Shown piece after piece: positions 60,919 through 64,000 of a DNA stretch of 64,000 nucleotides (the first letter of the stretch is position 1; the number at the start of each line of letters is the position of its first letter). The DNA is from Lepidodermella squamata (Eukaryota; Animalia; Gastrotricha): contig JBLDXI010000054.1 of NCBI GenBank assembly GCA_047495785.1, forward strand, positions 744,001 to 808,000, read 5' to 3'. The notes under the pieces were generated by a model. The model searched no databases. It had not been told where the DNA came from and was given only the letters and a program-made list of their open reading frames with translations. Position numbers and translations under genes: made by a program.

Positions 60919-62305
60919 ATTCAAGTAATTTTTAAGAAAAATGCTGGCAACTGAAAATGCACGCAATCCGTCAGCTTTTATCGGCTTCTCCACGTGACTT
61001 TGAGCTGGTTTTACCACGTGCGATAAACATCGAATATTATTGTCAGGGTGATTATACCGCTGGCTTCGGTGCTACGATTTCAGCTGCCTCGGCTTGTATG
61101 AGCTATGAGTCAGGTTACGAGACTACAAGTTGTTAAGCTACGAGAAATTAATTGATGAAATGCTCAGCCGAAGAGTGAGCACAACCGAGCGTAAAATTCG
61201 ACGCAATAAGCCAGCTGCTTCTTACCATAATCATCATGGTAGGTAGTTTTGCGATCATTCTTCAATATGACGTACTGCGTGTTATTCTGGACAATTTCAA
61301 TAAAGCCGAAATGTAAAAATTGCAAAATGCGAATGAGATGCATGCTTAAGACTAAGATAGATTTCTTTTAAGAAGCAGCTTGATTGTAAAATTTCTAGGG
61401 TGCGATCTTGGATCCCTAAGCTGCCAGGGATAGAAACAAATTTTGCGATTTTTTTCCAAAAAGAACTTCAATTTAACTTGCACTTGAAAATTGATCGAAG
61501 CGCGAAAATTTTGAATATTCCCGCTAAAACATGTTCCAAACAGTGGAATCTCTCAAATCTGTCAAAATTAACGAAACAGTGGGATAAAATCTCATATATT
61601 GTTGTCTGACCGGGCGGAGCTGGGGGGATGATTCCAACCACCCCCCTTCCCCCCTTCTGAAATTCGCACACTGGCGGGCGGGCGGGCGTCAGATGGTTTG
61701 CCGGGCCTAAAAAACCTTCCTGAACATGATGTACCATTTTGTTGGCTGCCTGAAGCTGGAGCGCCGGCGAATACACATCCATCTCTATATATCAAAGTGA
61801 ATCAATATTTTAGTCGTAAATCAGGATCCTCAGAAACGGACAAGCTTCAATCCAACGATAAAAATTGTAAAGCGCCCAGACATGTTCCTTGGTTCGGGAT
61901 ATTTCGAAAGCTTTTCAAATAAATGGTCTGCTGGTTTACTTTCCGAAATCTGAAATGATTGTATTATCACGTGCGTTAAACGTGGCTTCTCTAGGTAGGG
62001 ATATGTACTTTGTGATAGAGATGTCGCTGCGTTGCGTTTGAAAGGAGTCGCAATAATATATTATAATGTATGGGTTCCAAGTATTTCTAAACTAATATTT
62101 GGTTGCAGCTAAACATTTGCGTAGTGCTTTTTCTTTAATTAGGATGTGCTTTCTCATTACGCTCCTTTGAAGTACAGCGCGACGATTTCATTTGATATTC
62201 CAGTTGATGACATTGCGGGGTTAATTCAGACTATAATTTTCAAAGTTGCCATTTGTTTTGGAAAAATCGAGCACTGGTTAGTAAGTACACTGCGGCTTCG
62301 CGAAG

Positions 62306-64000
62306 ATGCTCATAATTATTCTGATTCAGATCTTTGTTGTTCGTAGTTGTTTGTCTGCACAGGTATCAATGGATAGCCCAATTCCAGACTTCGTATACAG
62401 AACTGGATACAATCCGAATAATTCCCGCCCTGTGATAAAACTACTTGCTTCTGTCAACTACTGGGGGCCACCTACTCTGAATAACGGCCCTCTTTGTACC
62501 GAACCCATGCGTTACGCCTTGGACAGCATCAAAAACGTTCCGAACTTGCTATCAAATTACGAAATCGTGATTGATGTTTACAACGATTACGTAAGTACTT
62601 TTACGGTTTGTTTTATGCTTGGGTTTCTCACGATTTTGAGCACTTTGGAAAGCTATGAGGCCTGTGCGCAAAATGGGTTTAGATATGACTTCTTTGATTG
62701 TTTTAGAGAATGCTACTAGGGACGTTTTCTTAGCCGAATGATGCCGCTCTCAGCGCGCCACGTTGATGGAACTGTTTTAAAACAGCAGCGTTCATTTACC
62801 ATGCCTTTAGCCTTTGCACTTTGTTTTGAGTTTAGAGTGCGAAAACTAAGCCAAATCTGATTACTGATATGATGACTGTTTTTTCTACAGTGCAGCAGAC
62901 ACGCTGGCATCGAAGCTTTCCATTCCAAAATGGAGGAAAATGATGAAGCTGAAGGAAGGTTCCCTATATTAATACACTCTATATGCCCGGCTCACTACTA
63001 CAACGGTCAAGCTATGGCAGTGTATAATTTTGTTTCCGTAAAATTGCTGGGCAACTTTTGAATCCCGTGATAGTTATAGCTACATTTCAGATAACTGCCT
63101 CCACTGTCATGGACGATGTTGACGTTAAGAGAAGCCTACTACAAAATTTATACAATCTATCACCATCCGTTGGCGATAACTACGAAGCCGTCGGACGGTT
63201 TATGCAGCTGATGAATTGGCGGAAAATGGCGCAAATATCAGAGATGTACGGAATTTACAATCAGATGGAGATTGACGTATCGATGATGTTAGAATCAAAG
63301 TACAATATACGAACGCTTGGGATCTTCAAAATACCATTCGATTACCCTTCGCCACCAGAGTCCGAAGAAATCAGTGCTACTGTCGAAGAAATGAAAACTG
63401 TTGATCCTCGTATTATTTTCCTGGGAGCGATTTTCCCATCGCGAGTTGCATGCTGGCTCCATCGGTTGGGAATTTTTGGACCTCACTACGTTATTTTGAT
63501 ACCGCAGAGAGCTTCTTTCACGCAAACGGATCCGCTTCGTTTCAGTTGGTGCACAACGCAGATGCTGAGCGAGGTTCTTCAAAGCTCGATCTTGCATAAC
63601 GCCGCTACTGCCATGGATTTAGGCCAATGGTCCAAAACTGACTCGTTGGGAAATTCGGCTCGAGAATTCGATGACGCCGTAAATTCGATGATCGATATCA
63701 ACCCCCAAATTGTCGGCTGGTTTGATCGCTATCACTTTTACGACCCATTGCTTCTCTCACTATTCGTCCTCAATTCGACAGAAGCTTCGCTAAACAAGGT
63801 CAACCAAACCCTACTGGATTGGACAACAACGACAGAGAACTTTCAGAAAAATGGTTCATTCATAGTTGCAGAAATCAAGAAAGCGTTATATGCAACACGT
63901 GTTACCGGAAAATTGGGTGCGTTCGGCTTTGAGCGGAATACAACGAGAAACACTGGGGGAAACATCGCATACGCCTTCTATCAGTACCAGCAAATTCCTA
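62306..64000 (+). CDS. Class C GPCR-like paralog of 54652-57274, truncated by the window end
   Basis: Exons 62306-62590, 62891-63037 and 63091-end; same intron positions and the same 147 nt exon 2. Shares GP.CTEPMR.ALDSI, HYYNGQ and GFE.NTTRNTGGN. Confidence 0.8.

Overview
Eukaryotic (animal) genomic DNA with short GT-AG introns. The intact axonemal dynein implies an animal with motile cilia or flagella; the species cannot be determined from the sequence. Left to right: repeat and transposon debris (1-1.8 kb); four tandem, highly divergent Cys-loop ligand-gated ion channel genes (- strand, 1.95-9.0 kb); an intronless FKRP/LicD-family nucleotidyltransferase (+); an intronless GABA-B-like class C GPCR (-); a complete ~30 kb DNAH5/DNAH8-type outer-arm dynein heavy chain gene (+, about 4,640 aa). 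The dynein gene has candidate alternative first exons, a cassette exon, a pair of equal-length mutually exclusive exons, MITE-laden introns and a repeating 5'-to-3' synonymous codon skew in its larger exons. After it come a small orphan multi-TM gene, three paralogous secreted two-PAN/Apple-domain genes, an ankyrin fragment, two more class C GPCR-like paralogs (each head-to-head with a PAN gene) and a Cys-loop ectodomain-only locus. The best leads are the isoform machinery of the dynein, the exon-scale codon skew and a possible chemosensory neighbourhood (orphan pLGICs, orphan class C GPCRs, secreted PAN proteins). All gene models were spliced by eye and no database searches were run.
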